Positions 27,585 through 40,151 of a stretch of DNA of 52,194 nt are shown piece after piece. The position numbers and the translations under genes were made by a program. The notes below the pieces were generated by a model. The model was given only the letters and a program-made list of their open reading frames with translations. It made no database searches and had not been told where the DNA came from. Location: the NCBI GenBank assembly GCA_031431875.1, contig JANPEF010000144.1, positions 1 to 52,194 of the forward strand, read 5' to 3'. Each line of letters opens with the position of its first letter. The first letter of the stretch is position 1. This stretch comes from Candidatus Eiseniibacteriota bacterium. Lineage in GTDB: Bacteria; Eisenbacteria; RBG-16-71-46; DASYSL01.

Positions 27585-28012
27585 TCAAAACCCGAACGAC
27601 GCAGCGAGCCCCGGCGTCTCGAGCCGGGCCCAGATCAGACTCACGCTCCAGCGCTCGCGTGCGTTGTTGACGAGCGCGTGTGTCCGCTCCTCATCGTACA
27701 TCGGCTGGATCGTCACCCCCGCCGCAAGCTCGATCTAGCCCCCGAATGGCACCTTCCATTCGTCGTCCCACTCGGGGTAGCCGACGGTGCCGTCGACCGT
27801 GACCGGCAAGCGCCCCACGCCCCGCGTCGCCGTAGCGTAACCGGCCTGCGTACCCTCGGGAGAGCCGATGCGATCGACGCGATCTCGCCCACCGCCGGGT
27901 TCACCTCGAACCCGACCGGGAGCGTCGGGATGATCCGGCGCGACAGGGTCGCCCGCCTGCGCGGCCGATCGAGGTCGGTGTCGATGTAGCGCAGCGACGT
28001 GCTCCACGTCGT
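27585..28012 (-). pseudogene. Decayed paralog of the barrel gene at 35083-35799
   Basis: WSTSLRYIDTDLDRPR..ATLSRRIIPT..VG.EVNPAVGE / DRIGSPEGTQ / VPFGG*...QPMYD.ERTHA...AASFGF; internal deletion, frameshift, nonsense codon, no N-terminus. Confidence 0.88.
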
Positions 28013-28064
28013 GAAGACTGCATCGCGCGTGTGCGGAGGGATAGAGGCGCGCGACGGGCGCTCG

Positions 28065-31290
<3,226 letters not shown>

Positions 31291-31301
<11 letters not shown>

Positions 31302-32559
31302 GCTTCGCCTCCGACTTGCCGAGTTCGGCTTTGAGGAGGAACGCGTTCCGGACCACGATCGTGTCCCCGGCGGCGAGGCCCTCGAGGATCTCGGTGCGAT
31401 AGGCGTCGCGGCGCCCCGTGCGCACGGGCTGGCTCTCGAAAGCCCCACCGCTGCGGGCACGGAAGACCGCCTCCCCCGTCCCCATGCGCACGATCGCCTC
31501 CTCGGGCACCGTGATCAAGACGTCGACCTCGTCCACGGCCACCTTCACGTCGACGTACATCCCCGGCTGCCAGCGCCGATCCCGGTTCGGCAGGACGATG
31601 CGTCCCATCGACACGCGCGTCTCCTGCTCGAGCATCGGCCCGACGTAGCGGACTGTTCCGGTGGCCTCGGCGCCGCCCGGAGCGGAGGCGCGCACGATGG
31701 CGGGAAGACCTGGTCGCACGCGGCCCTGGTTGCGGGAATAGATCGGGAAGTCGACCCACACCTCGCTCAGGTCCGCGACGGTGAGGATTTCCTCCTCCTG
31801 GTGGACGGTCTGTCCGGGCGTGGCGCCCTGCCCGATCACGGTCCCGGCGATGCGGGAGACCACCGCGTAGTCGGCAAGGCTCTCGTTGCTCTGGATGATC
31901 GCCACCGTCTCCCCGGCGCGAACGGCATCGCCGAGCCGCTTCCGCAGTTCGCGCAGCGTGCCGGCGTAGCGCGGCGTGACGAGCAGCACGCGCTCCCGAT
32001 TGAGCTTCACCTCGCCCGGTGATTCCTCGAGGATCGACAGCCTCGCCGCACCGGCCGGCGCAACCTCGATGCCGGCATTGATGGCCGCCTGCAGCGCGAG
32101 CTCGATCCGCCCCTCTTCCTGCTCGAAGCGCCACGCCTGCGTCTTTCCCGCCGCCGTCAGGCGGATCTCGGCCGCGTACGAGTGCGGTTCGACGATCGCC
32201 TGCTCAGAATGGAAGTGGTCCCCGTCGACGCGAAACGTGACCCGATCGACCGACCCGTTGAAGCGGGTCAGGTCGACCGCGAGCGACTCGGCGCCGGGCC
32301 GGACGACCTTCATCTCTCCGTCGTAGAGCCATGCCTGCATCGTCGGCGCAGGGCCTTCGTCGTTGACCGCAATTTCGACTGCGCGCTCGCCGGCGTGGAA
32401 GAGTCGCCCGCCGCGCGGCCCGCGCTCGCCCTCCAACTTCATCTCGTCGTGCGTCGCGTGCTCGTCGTGTGCATCCTCGGTGCCAACTCGCCGATCGCAG
32501 CCGGAGGCGACGATCCCGAACATCAGCACCATCGCGGGAATCGACAGGAGTCGCATCAT
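31291..32559 (-). CDS. czcB: RND periplasmic adaptor (CzcB-like), probable lipoprotein
   Basis: Lipobox ASGC, His-rich N-terminus, ADLSEVWV, EILEGL..GD.IV, KAELGK..AKHDH. Confidence 0.9.
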
Positions 32560-33830
32560 CGTTCGGTCTCCAGGCGACGCGCGCCCTCAAGTGTCCACTC
32601 GCGCCAGCGCGAGAGTTCGGCATCCGAGCGTGCGAGGTCGCCCTGCACGTCGATCAGGGCGAGGTCCACTTCGCGCAGTGAGCGTCGGGCTTCGATCGGC
32701 TCGAGGCCCGAGACGCGGCCGGCACGATACGCCACGTCGATCTGCTCGAGGGCAGACGCGAGGGCTGGCCGGACCTGATCGCGCAGGGCCCGTTCCTGGG
32801 CCGCGGTCGCATCGCGACGGGCGCGGATCGACTCGTACTCCACGGTGAGCCGTCGCGTGACTTCCTGGGCCCGGAGGCGCGCGGCGCGATTCCGTGCGTC
32901 CGCCGCATCCGCCTCGGTCCCCGCTCCGCTCCACAGCGGAAGCTTCGTGCTGACGCCGACCATGAGGCCCACGCCGTTTTCCTCCTCGAGCCGACGCACG
33001 CCCATCAGCAACCCGAGATCGGGCACGCTGGCTGAACGGGCGATGCGCGCTTCGGCGGCGGCAAGCTGCGCCTCGGCCTCGGCGCGCACCTGGTCCGGCT
33101 GCGCGGCGGCGGAAAACGCCGGAGTGCCTTGCGCGATCAGGGAGTCGCCGGGCGCATCGAGCGCGAGGGAGTCGACGGACACGGACGGCCCGAGCAACGA
33201 GGCGAGCCGCCGTGACGCGGCCGCTCGATCGGCGTGTAACCTCGACTGTTCGACCCGGCGCATCTGCAGTTCTGCCTCGGCGCGAAGGGCCTCGCCCAAC
33301 GGCGCCGCCCCGGCTCGGTGGCGGTTGCGCGAAATGCGGCTCCCCTCGTCGGCGAGCTCGACGAAGTGCGCCTGCAGCGCGAACTTCTCCTGCAGGATCC
33401 AGGCTGCGATGAACTCCTCATCCACTCGTGCCACGACGTCGCGGGAGACGAGGGTTCCTTCGGCCCGCGCGATCTGGATCGACGCGTCCGCCAGATCGAC
33501 ACGCGCGCCGCGATCACCGCCCAATTCGAGCGGCTGTTCGACGAAGATCGCCGACTCGCGAATGGAGCCGCCGAGATCGAGGCCGAAGTTCTCGACTCCG
33601 AGGCCGACGGTCGGGCCGGACAGTCGCCCGGCGACGGAGCGCCGCAGGCGTGCGGCCTCCACGGTCTCGCCAGCCGCGCGGGGCGCCGGCAGGTGCTGCA
33701 GCGCCGCGGCTCGGGCGTGGGAGAGCTGGAGCGGCGGGCCCGCCGCGAAGGCGACCCCGACGCATTGCGTCATGAACGCACCGGCGACGAGAACGCCTCG
33801 CAGGCGCGCTTCTGGAATTGATTCGAACAC
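32556..33830 (-). CDS. czcC: TolC family outer-membrane factor (CzcC-like)
   Basis: EQPLELGG.R.AR, PDLGL, LPLW, AYRAG helical repeats; GTG 33830 after a G-rich RBS. Confidence 0.85.
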   Translation of the reverse strand: MFESIPEARLRGVLVAGAFMTQCVGVAFAAGPPLQLSHARAAALQHLPAPRAAGETVEAARLRRSVAGRLSGPTVGLGVENFGLDLGGSIRESAIFVEQPLELGGDRGARVDLADASIQIARAEGTLVSRDVVARVDEEFIAAWILQEKFALQAHFVELADEGSRISRNRHRAGAAPLGEALRAEAELQMRRVEQSRLHADRAAASRRLASLLGPSVSVDSLALDAPGDSLIAQGTPAFSAAAQPDQVRAEAEAQLAAAEARIARSASVPDLGLLMGVRRLEEENGVGLMVGVSTKLPLWSGAGTEADAADARNRAARLRAQEVTRRLTVEYESIRARRDATAAQERALRDQVRPALASALEQIDVAYRAGRVSGLEPIEARRSLREVDLALIDVQGDLARSDAELSRWREWTLEGARRLETER

Positions 33831-33905
33831 GAAGAGTCCCCCCTCGAGGATCCGACAGTTACGGCGCACGCGATCGTGCCGCCGTGAGTCAGTTCGAGGT
33901 GGGGA

Positions 33906-34310
33906 TCAGCAGCGCAGGAGGGTGGTCCGGAGGTGTCGCGGGAGGGAGGTGAACTCTTCTGCCGTCGCCGAACAATCGCTGGCGAGTTCCGTATCGCACT
34001 GTGCCGAACATCCGGTCACGCGCGGGAGAACGACGGGCTCGCACCCGACATGGATGCCGAGGCCGGCATCGGAACGCAGGAGTGCGGCCCCGCCGAGTTG
34101 CGCATCGAAGCACGGGCCACAGTCGCCCATGCTGCACGGCTCGGATCCCGCGGCAGCATCGGGATGTTGGTCCGCACAGTCGCCCGCCCCCACCTCGAGT
34201 GCAAGATGTCCGTCCGCGCCCAGGCAAACGAGCCAGCCACCGGGAGCGACCGAAGTCGCGAACACGGCGCAGGCCAGAATCAGGACGCGGAGAAGTGGCG
34301 AGACACGCAT
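33906..34310 (-). CDS. Small secreted Cys/His-rich protein (CzcI/DUF2946-like leader gene)
   Basis: Signal peptide, VCLGADGH...DC...C..DCGPC.D, ends TTLLRC; directly upstream of czcC. Confidence 0.65.
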   Translation of the reverse strand: MRVSPLLRVLILACAVFATSVAPGGWLVCLGADGHLALEVGAGDCADQHPDAAAGSEPCSMGDCGPCFDAQLGGAALLRSDAGLGIHVGCEPVVLPRVTGCSAQCDTELASDCSATAEEFTSLPRHLRTTLLRC

Positions 34311-34342
34311 TCGTCGATGATGCACGACGGCCCGTGACCCGG

Positions 34343-35071
34343 TCAAGGGGCCTGCCCCACGGCGAGCATCTTGTCCAGCAGCCCCTCGAGCTCGGCACCG
34401 GTCGGCGCCGCCCCCGTCCACTGCGCGACGATCCGACCCTCGCGATCGATCAGGAACGCCGCCGGAACGGCCTTCACGCGAAAGCGCTCCCACAGGGGTT
34501 CCTCGGCGGTGTCGATCGCGATCGGATAGGCGATCTTCTTCTCGGCGATGAACTTCTTCACCTTCTTCGCCGTGTCGGGGCCGGGCTCGTCGATCGAGAT
34601 GCCGAACACGGAGAACCCCCGGTCCGCGTACCGCGCATGCACCGCCTGCAACTCCGGCATCGACTTGCGGCAGGGCAGGCACCAGGTCGCCCAGAAGTCG
34701 ACGAGGGTGACCTCGCCCGCGAAGCGCGCCGAGTTCAGCGGCTGCTTCGCCAGGTCGACCAGCGCCATCCCCGCCCACGGTGCCGGCCGCGGCAGCACCG
34801 GCCGCGCATAGGCCGCGGGGTCGGTGTCGAACTCCTTCGCGCAGCCCTCGTTGCAGAGCGCGTAGACCACGCCCTCGTACGTGCGCACGGCCACCACGGG
34901 CTCCAGATGCGTCGAGCCCTCGCGCACCGCGCAGACCGCACAGATCTGCTCGCGCTTCGCCGCTGCCGTGGTGTCCACCTTCGCGACGTCGGCGGCGAGA
35001 GCGGCGACCGGCACGATGCCCAGAGCGACCAGCACCGCCGCGCATGCAACCCAGCGCATTCCAGTTCTCAT
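34343..35071 (-). CDS. Secreted YHS-domain + TlpA thioredoxin-like disulfide reductase
   Basis: Signal peptide; CAVC...YEGVVYALCNEGCAKEF..DP..Y (YHS); DFWATWCLPC and VPAAFLIDREG (TlpA). Confidence 0.88.
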   Translation of the reverse strand: MRTGMRWVACAAVLVALGIVPVAALAADVAKVDTTAAAKREQICAVCAVREGSTHLEPVVAVRTYEGVVYALCNEGCAKEFDTDPAAYARPVLPRPAPWAGMALVDLAKQPLNSARFAGEVTLVDFWATWCLPCRKSMPELQAVHARYADRGFSVFGISIDEPGPDTAKKVKKFIAEKKIAYPIAIDTAEEPLWERFRVKAVPAAFLIDREGRIVAQWTGAAPTGAELEGLLDKMLAVGQAP

Positions 35072-35082
35072 GACAGTCCCTC

Positions 35083-35799
35083 CTACCAGCCGAACGAGGC
35101 GGCGATACCGAAGTCCTCGAGCCAGGCGTAGACCAGGCTCACGCTGGCGCGGTCGCGCGCATACGTGAGGATGGCGTGAGTGCGTTCTCCGTCGTACATC
35201 GGCTGCACCGAGACACGCGGCACGATCTCGACGTAGGCGCCGAACGGCACGTTCCAGCCTTCATCCCACTCCGAATAGTTGAGCGTCCCGTACACGGTCG
35301 CCGGCAGCGAGCCCAGGCTGCGGCTCGCCGTCGCGTAGTACGACTGCGTCCCTTCCGGGGACCCGATCCGGTCCGAGCTCGTGCCGAGGAACACCGTGGG
35401 CCGGATCGAGCCCTCGGACAGCACGAACCACGTCACGATCGGACCGACCTCGCCCACGGCCGGGTTCACCTCGAGCCCCACCTGCAGAGTGGGGAGGATT
35501 CGCCGCGACAGCGTCGCCCGCCAGCGCGGCCGAGCGAGGTCGGTGTCGACGTAGCGCAGCGACGTCGACCACTTCGTCTGGAGTCCGCTCCCCCGGAGCG
35601 GCGCGCCCTCGCCGGGTCAGCCGCTTCAGGTCGGTGCCGAAAGACGCGCGCGCTTTGCCGGCGGCGGCGACGGTGTCGTCGGTGTTTCGACGGCCGTCGA
35701 GTCGCCGTCTGCGGCAAACGCGGGCGCCGGAGCAATCGTCGCGACGAAAGCAAGTGCCAGGACAAATCCGGATGCCAGCCGGGATGAACGTGAATGCAT
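35083..35799 (-). CDS. Putative double-selenocysteine (U58-S-G-U61) secreted outer-membrane beta-barrel protein, 238 aa
   Basis: ORFs 35626-36000 and 35083-35481 share a frame and are separated only by TGA 35626-35628 and TGA 35617-35619; GAGGA RBS, signal peptide, Pro linker, barrel ending SFGW; paralog confirms coding upstream of 35481. Confidence 0.75.
35581..35610 (-). promoter_or_regulatory. Candidate bacterial SECIS hairpin
   Basis: CCGCTCC-GGG-GGAGCGG (35601-35585), G-rich apical loop 22 and 31 nt after the two UGAs; possible lower GAG/CTC stem. Confidence 0.55.
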
Positions 35800-35866
35800 G
35801 ACGAGTCCTCGCAGGGTCGGAAGTCGACGGAATGGTGTCGGGTGATGCTTCCGGACTACGGAGGTC

Positions 35867-36193
35867 TCAGTTGCGGAGGGGGTAGTGGTGTGCGGAGTCG
35901 GTCGGGCCGCGAGGCGCCGCGCCGAATCGCGGGCGGGGTCCCGCGAGGGGCAGCGCCGTGGCAGCATCATCGATGCGGGAAGGCAGGAACGCCGGGGCAT
36001 CGACCGCGAAGCGATCGAGCACGAACGTCGGCGCGGGCGTGGCGTGCGTCAGGGTGCAGTCGGCAGTCGCGCCGATGGGGCACGCCGTTTCTTCGCTGCA
36101 GCACGCATCGGCCGGGTCGGGCGCGCAGCAGAGCACTCCTGCGACCGGCAGGAACAAGGCGAGAACGAGGAGGGCGCCACGGAGGAGTCGCAC
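35867..36193 (-). CDS. Small secreted/membrane Cys-rich protein (DUF2946-like)
   Basis: Hydrophobic N-terminus, LCC...ACC...CP...C, Pro-rich C-terminus ending HHYPLRN; extended -10 (TGcTACTCT) 6 nt before GTG. Confidence 0.6.
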   Translation of the reverse strand: MRLLRGALLVLALFLPVAGVLCCAPDPADACCSEETACPIGATADCTLTHATPAPTFVLDRFAVDAPAFLPSRIDDAATALPLAGPRPRFGAAPRGPTDSAHHYPLRN

Positions 36194-36209
36194 GGGGAAA
36201 GAGTAGCAC

Positions 36210-36244
36210 AACCTGTCCCGGGGCGAGACGCCCCGGGACAGGTT
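36210..36244. terminator. Strong hairpin after the 36253-36942 gene
   Basis: AACCTGTCCCGGGGCG-AGA-CGCCCCGGGACAGGTT, 16-bp stem. Confidence 0.65.
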
Positions 36245-36252
36245 CGCGAGAC

Positions 36253-36942
36253 CTACGACTTGGCCTTTCGGTCTTCCTTCTTCTTCGCCATCACCGATTT
36301 GTACGTCGCGAGCTGGTCCGGCGACACGATTGTCGCCATCGACTTCTCGAGCGTGCTGTTGATGCCCTCCATCGACTTCTTGGCCTTCACCTTGTCCATC
36401 ATCGAGATCCGCCCGCCGTCGCCCAGCTTTTGCAGCAGGTCGATCTTGCCCTGCATCGCCGTCGCCATCGCGGGCTGGAGCTTCGTCACCTGGTCGGCGG
36501 TAAGCGCCAGCGCCGGCGTCAGTGCGGTGAGCTGCTTGTGCGCCGCGGCGTCGGACATCTCCTTCTCGAGCTGCGTCTTGAACGCGCCCCACTGCTGGTT
36601 CTGGTCCGGCGTCAGGATCCCGGTCACACCGGCGTCGAACTCCTTGCGGATCTTGCCGTACTCCGCGACGAAACCGAGGACGTCGGGCTTCTCGGCGTCC
36701 TCGACCGTGGCCAGCGCGGCGTCCATCTTCGTGACGCGCGTCTCGATCACCGGCTTGAGCTTGGTCACCTGATCGTCACTGAGCTTGAGCCACTCACGCA
36801 GGCTGGCTGCGGCGTCCATTCCGCCGAGGTCCGGCGGGGCGACGGTGGCTGCGGGCGCAACCGCCGCGACGGCCGGCGACGACGCCGAGGCGACGAGGAG
36901 GGCGGCTGCGAACGCAAGGGCGGTGACGATGGGCTTGGACAT
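36253..36942 (-). CDS. Secreted all-helical protein with two LTxxQ (Spy/CpxP-like) repeats
   Basis: AGGAG RBS, signal peptide, LKLSDDQ...ILTPDQ and LALTADQ...IVSPDQ. Confidence 0.7.
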   Translation of the reverse strand: MSKPIVTALAFAAALLVASASSPAVAAVAPAATVAPPDLGGMDAAASLREWLKLSDDQVTKLKPVIETRVTKMDAALATVEDAEKPDVLGFVAEYGKIRKEFDAGVTGILTPDQNQQWGAFKTQLEKEMSDAAAHKQLTALTPALALTADQVTKLQPAMATAMQGKIDLLQKLGDGGRISMMDKVKAKKSMEGINSTLEKSMATIVSPDQLATYKSVMAKKKEDRKAKS

Positions 36943-37042
36943 GGTCGGTCTCCTGCTGGTTGATGCGTGAGATCAAACTGCGCGGGCGGTCGTGGGAGGA
37001 CCGTTGCGCCTCCTTCCTACCACTTTTCTGCGCCGGGGGCGA

Positions 37043-37071
37043 GGGACAGGAACAGGGACAGGGACAGGAAC
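37043..37071. repeat. Short hexamer tandem repeat (GGRACA, about 5 copies)
   Basis: GGGACA GGAACA GGGACA GGGACA GGAAC just after the methyltransferase stop. Confidence 0.6.
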
Positions 37072-37688
37072 TACGCCCCCGTCCGGCAATAGCAGTAAAC
37101 GAACTCCTGCTCGCTGCCCCACGGCGTGAGATGGACCTCGTGCGCCTCGGAGACCTTGCGAAACGCGGCGCCGAACTGGTCGTGGATGCCTTCGGCGTCG
37201 TAGCGCACGACCGGCAGCCCGCTGCACCGCTCCGGTCCCTCGGGTCCGAATGTCGCGACCACGATGTGCCCGCCCGGCTTGAGTGCGTGGCGCACCGCCG
37301 CGACATAACGCGCGCGCGCCGTCTGCTCCGTCAGGAAGTGGAACACGGCCCGGTCGTGCCAGAACGCGACACCCTGCGCGGGCAGCTCGACCGCGGTGAT
37401 GTCCCCGACGATCCAGTGCACCAATGCCGCGCGCGGCCCCAGGCGCGCCTGCGCCCGCTCGATCGCCGCCGCCGACAGGTCATTGACGGTCACGTTGGTG
37501 TAGCCGTGGTCGAGCAGGTCGTCGACGAGCGTCGACGCGCCGCCGCCGACGTCGAGGATCGCGGCGTCGAGCGGCAGCCCGGAGTCGACGACGAAGGCGA
37601 GGGAGCGCTCGAGATGCGGGCGATACCAACTCACCGCATCGACGGCCTTCGCCCCGTACACCGCCTCCCAGTATTCCTTGCCGCTCAC
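37071..37688 (-). CDS. Class I SAM-dependent methyltransferase
   Basis: WEAVY..K....VSWY, ILDVGGGAS, DLS, WHDRAVFHFL, GPERCSGL. Confidence 0.9.
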   Translation of the reverse strand: MSGKEYWEAVYGAKAVDAVSWYRPHLERSLAFVVDSGLPLDAAILDVGGGASTLVDDLLDHGYTNVTVNDLSAAAIERAQARLGPRAALVHWIVGDITAVELPAQGVAFWHDRAVFHFLTEQTARARYVAAVRHALKPGGHIVVATFGPEGPERCSGLPVVRYDAEGIHDQFGAAFRKVSEAHEVHLTPWGSEQEFVYCYCRTGA

Positions 37689-38059
37689 CTGACTTCTCCA
37701 GCGTGGCGCAGGGCGACGAGGCACCATGCTGCCATCACCAGGTGCAAGACCACCGCGCCGACCAGCGCCGGTTGGCGAATGCCGAGCTGGACGACGGCGT
37801 GGGCGAGCACCGCGGCCGCGACCACATTGTAGACCGTCATGCCGGAGACGACGGCGAAGTCACCGGCGGAGCGAGCCCGCGCGCATGCGACGCCCAGCGC
37901 CAGGAGCCCCGCGCCCGCCACGCGGGCGATGACGGTGGCACCCGCCGACTCGAGGGATCCGCCGAGGAGCACGGCGGCAACCAGTCCGGGGGCGACGAGC
38001 AGGGCGAGGCCCACGGCGGCTTCGGCGATGGCACTGACGAGCAGGAGTTGCGGTCTCAT
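37685..38059 (-). CDS. Small integral membrane protein (about 4 TM)
   Basis: GGAGGA RBS, hydrophobic segments, stop overlaps the methyltransferase GTG. Confidence 0.7.
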   Translation of the reverse strand: MRPQLLLVSAIAEAAVGLALLVAPGLVAAVLLGGSLESAGATVIARVAGAGLLALGVACARARSAGDFAVVSGMTVYNVVAAAVLAHAVVQLGIRQPALVGAVVLHLVMAAWCLVALRHAGEVR

Positions 38060-38150
38060 GGCGCGTCCTCCGGTGTCATTTCGGCGCAAGGCGGCCGGCA
38101 GGTGCAGGTACATCGTTGCGCGTCGGAGCGGAGGGGCACACGCTTCGTCC

Positions 38151-38783
38151 ATGCGCCCATTCGAAGTCGACTGGCAACGCCGCCGACTCCTGCTCAACCT
38201 CGCGACTGCGCCGTTGGCACTCGCGCTTGCACCGCTCCTGCTCGCACGCGACCAAGCCGCGGCCGCGGCGCCCGCCACGAAACCGCTCGCCCCGACCCCC
38301 GCATGCGATGACGCCGACGAGCCCACCCCCACGCAGACGGCCGGGCCATTCTACACGCCGGACTCGCCCGAGCGGCGGTCGCTGATCGAACCAGAAATGA
38401 GGGGCTTGCGCCTTGCGCTCGCCGGTCGCGTCTTCGGTCGTGACTGCAAGCCGATCGCGGGTGCGCTCGTCGACTTCTGGCAGAGCGATGACGACGGGGA
38501 GTACGACAACGAGGGCTACCGTCTGCGCGGCCACCAGTTCACGGATGCCGCGGGAAACTACCGCCTGGAGACGATCGTCCCCGGGCTCTACACCGGGCGC
38601 ACCCGCCACATCCACGTGCGCGTCCAGCCCAGGGGCGGGCGGATCCTCACGACGCAGCTCTACTTCCCGGGGGAAGCGGGGAACAAGCGCGACGGGCTGT
38701 TCACGCCGGAACTCCTGATGGCGATCGAGCCCGCCGAGAAGGGACAGCGCGGGCGCTTCGATTTCGTGCTGAACAAAGCCTAG
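38151..38783 (+). CDS. Intradiol ring-cleavage dioxygenase family protein with Tat-like signal
   Basis: RRRLL + hydrophobic stretch; TAGPFY, VDFWQ, GEYD, LRGHQFTD, PGLY.GRTRHIH, TTQLYF. Confidence 0.88.
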   Translation: MRPFEVDWQRRRLLLNLATAPLALALAPLLLARDQAAAAAPATKPLAPTPACDDADEPTPTQTAGPFYTPDSPERRSLIEPEMRGLRLALAGRVFGRDCKPIAGALVDFWQSDDDGEYDNEGYRLRGHQFTDAAGNYRLETIVPGLYTGRTRHIHVRVQPRGGRILTTQLYFPGEAGNKRDGLFTPELLMAIEPAEKGQRGRFDFVLNKA

Positions 38784-38793
38784 CCTTCGGCTG

Positions 38794-40062
38794 TCATCGC
38801 CCCGGCACCTCGATCATCGCCTCGCGCTCGGGGCCCACGCTGACACGGGACACGCGCACGCCCGACCACGACTCGATCGCACGGATGTAGCCACGGGCTT
38901 CGACCGGCAGGTCCATGAAGCGGCGGCACGCCTTGGTCGATGTCTTCCAGCCTTCGAACGATTCATAGACGGGCTTGATCGTCGACAGGCGCCGGGCGTC
39001 GGCCTCGAAGACGGCGTCCTCGGCCCCGCGCCTGTAGCGCGTGGCGACCTGCAGCTCGGGCAGGTCGTCGAGCACGTCGAGCTTCGTCACCACCAGCTCG
39101 TCGAGTCCGTTCACCTGCGCGGCGTACTTGAGCGCGACCGCGTCGAGCCAGCCGCAGCGCCGCGCGCGCCCGGTCGTCGCCCCGTACTCCTGCCCCGCCT
39201 CGCGAATGACGTCGCCCAGGCCCGCGTCGAATTCGGTCGGGAACGGGCCGAGTCCCACGCGCGTCGTGTAGGCCTTGGTCACGCCGATCACGTTCGAGAT
39301 CGCGTGCGGCCCGATCCCCAGGCCGGTGAGCGCGCCGCCGACGGTCGCGCTCGACGATGTGACGTAGGGATACGTGCCGTGGTCGAGGTCGAGCAGCGTG
39401 CCCTGGGCACCCTCGAGCAGCACGCGCTGGCCGCGCGCCACCGCTTCCCACAGCAGCGGCCGCACGTCGGCGATGAACGGCGCGAGCCGCTCGCCGTAGG
39501 CCGCGTACTCGGCGACCACCTCGGCCGGCGGCGGGATGACTGCACCGGGCCCGAGCAGGCGGCGCAGGCGCTCGTGCGCGTAACCGATCCACTCCGCAAG
39601 CGCGGCCTTGTCGACCAGGTCGCCCATGCGCAGGCCGAAGCGCCCGGCCTTGTCCTGGTACGCCGGGCCGATGCCGCGCCCGGTCGTGCCCACGGGACGC
39701 AGGCCCTGCTCGGCGAGCGCCTCGGCCAGTTTGTGGTACGGCAGGATGACGTGCGCCTCGGGGCTCACGTGCAGGCGCCCCTCGAGCCGGTGGCCGAGCG
39801 CGATCAACCCGTCCATCTCGCCGATGAACGCGGCCGGGTCGACGACGACGCCATTGCCGATCAGGCAGCGCTTCCCGGGGCGGAGGATCCCCGAGGGCAC
39901 CAGGTGGAGTACGACCGTCTTCCCGTCGACGACGACGCTGTGCCCGGCGTTCGATCCGCCCTGATAGCGCGCCACGAGATCGTGCTCGGCGGCGAGCACG
40001 TCGACGATCTTGCCCTTCCCCTCGTCCCCCCACTGGGCGCCGAGGACCACGGTGCACGGCAT
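38794..40062 (-). CDS. purA: Adenylosuccinate synthetase
   Basis: GAQWGDEGKGK, GTTGRGIGPAY, EGAQG, GTYPYVTSS, TTGRARRCGWLD. Confidence 0.98.
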   Translation of the reverse strand: MPCTVVLGAQWGDEGKGKIVDVLAAEHDLVARYQGGSNAGHSVVVDGKTVVLHLVPSGILRPGKRCLIGNGVVVDPAAFIGEMDGLIALGHRLEGRLHVSPEAHVILPYHKLAEALAEQGLRPVGTTGRGIGPAYQDKAGRFGLRMGDLVDKAALAEWIGYAHERLRRLLGPGAVIPPPAEVVAEYAAYGERLAPFIADVRPLLWEAVARGQRVLLEGAQGTLLDLDHGTYPYVTSSSATVGGALTGLGIGPHAISNVIGVTKAYTTRVGLGPFPTEFDAGLGDVIREAGQEYGATTGRARRCGWLDAVALKYAAQVNGLDELVVTKLDVLDDLPELQVATRYRRGAEDAVFEADARRLSTIKPVYESFEGWKTSTKACRRFMDLPVEARGYIRAIESWSGVRVSRVSVGPEREAMIEVPGR

Positions 40063-40151
40063 GCGAGACTCCCTTCTCGATTCCGGTTGAAGCAGAGGAA
40101 CGAACGCATTATGGGAACATGACTTACACGACGATGCTTTGCGGATCGAGC

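Noticed and set aside
27538..27737. In-frame TAG codons as pyrrolysine
   Set aside because: They replace Trp and Tyr of the intact paralogs and co-occur with deletions and a frameshift, which indicates decay
35617..35628. Simple pseudogene or UGA=Trp/Gly genetic code
   Set aside because: Many genes here end in TGA and use TGG for Trp, so the code is standard. Two independent nonsense mutations in exact CxxC spacing in an otherwise intact gene are less parsimonious than Sec, though not excluded
37043..37071. Hexamer repeat as a phase-variation locus
   Set aside because: Imperfect, about 5 units, intergenic and downstream of a stop codon; no evident effect on a reading frame
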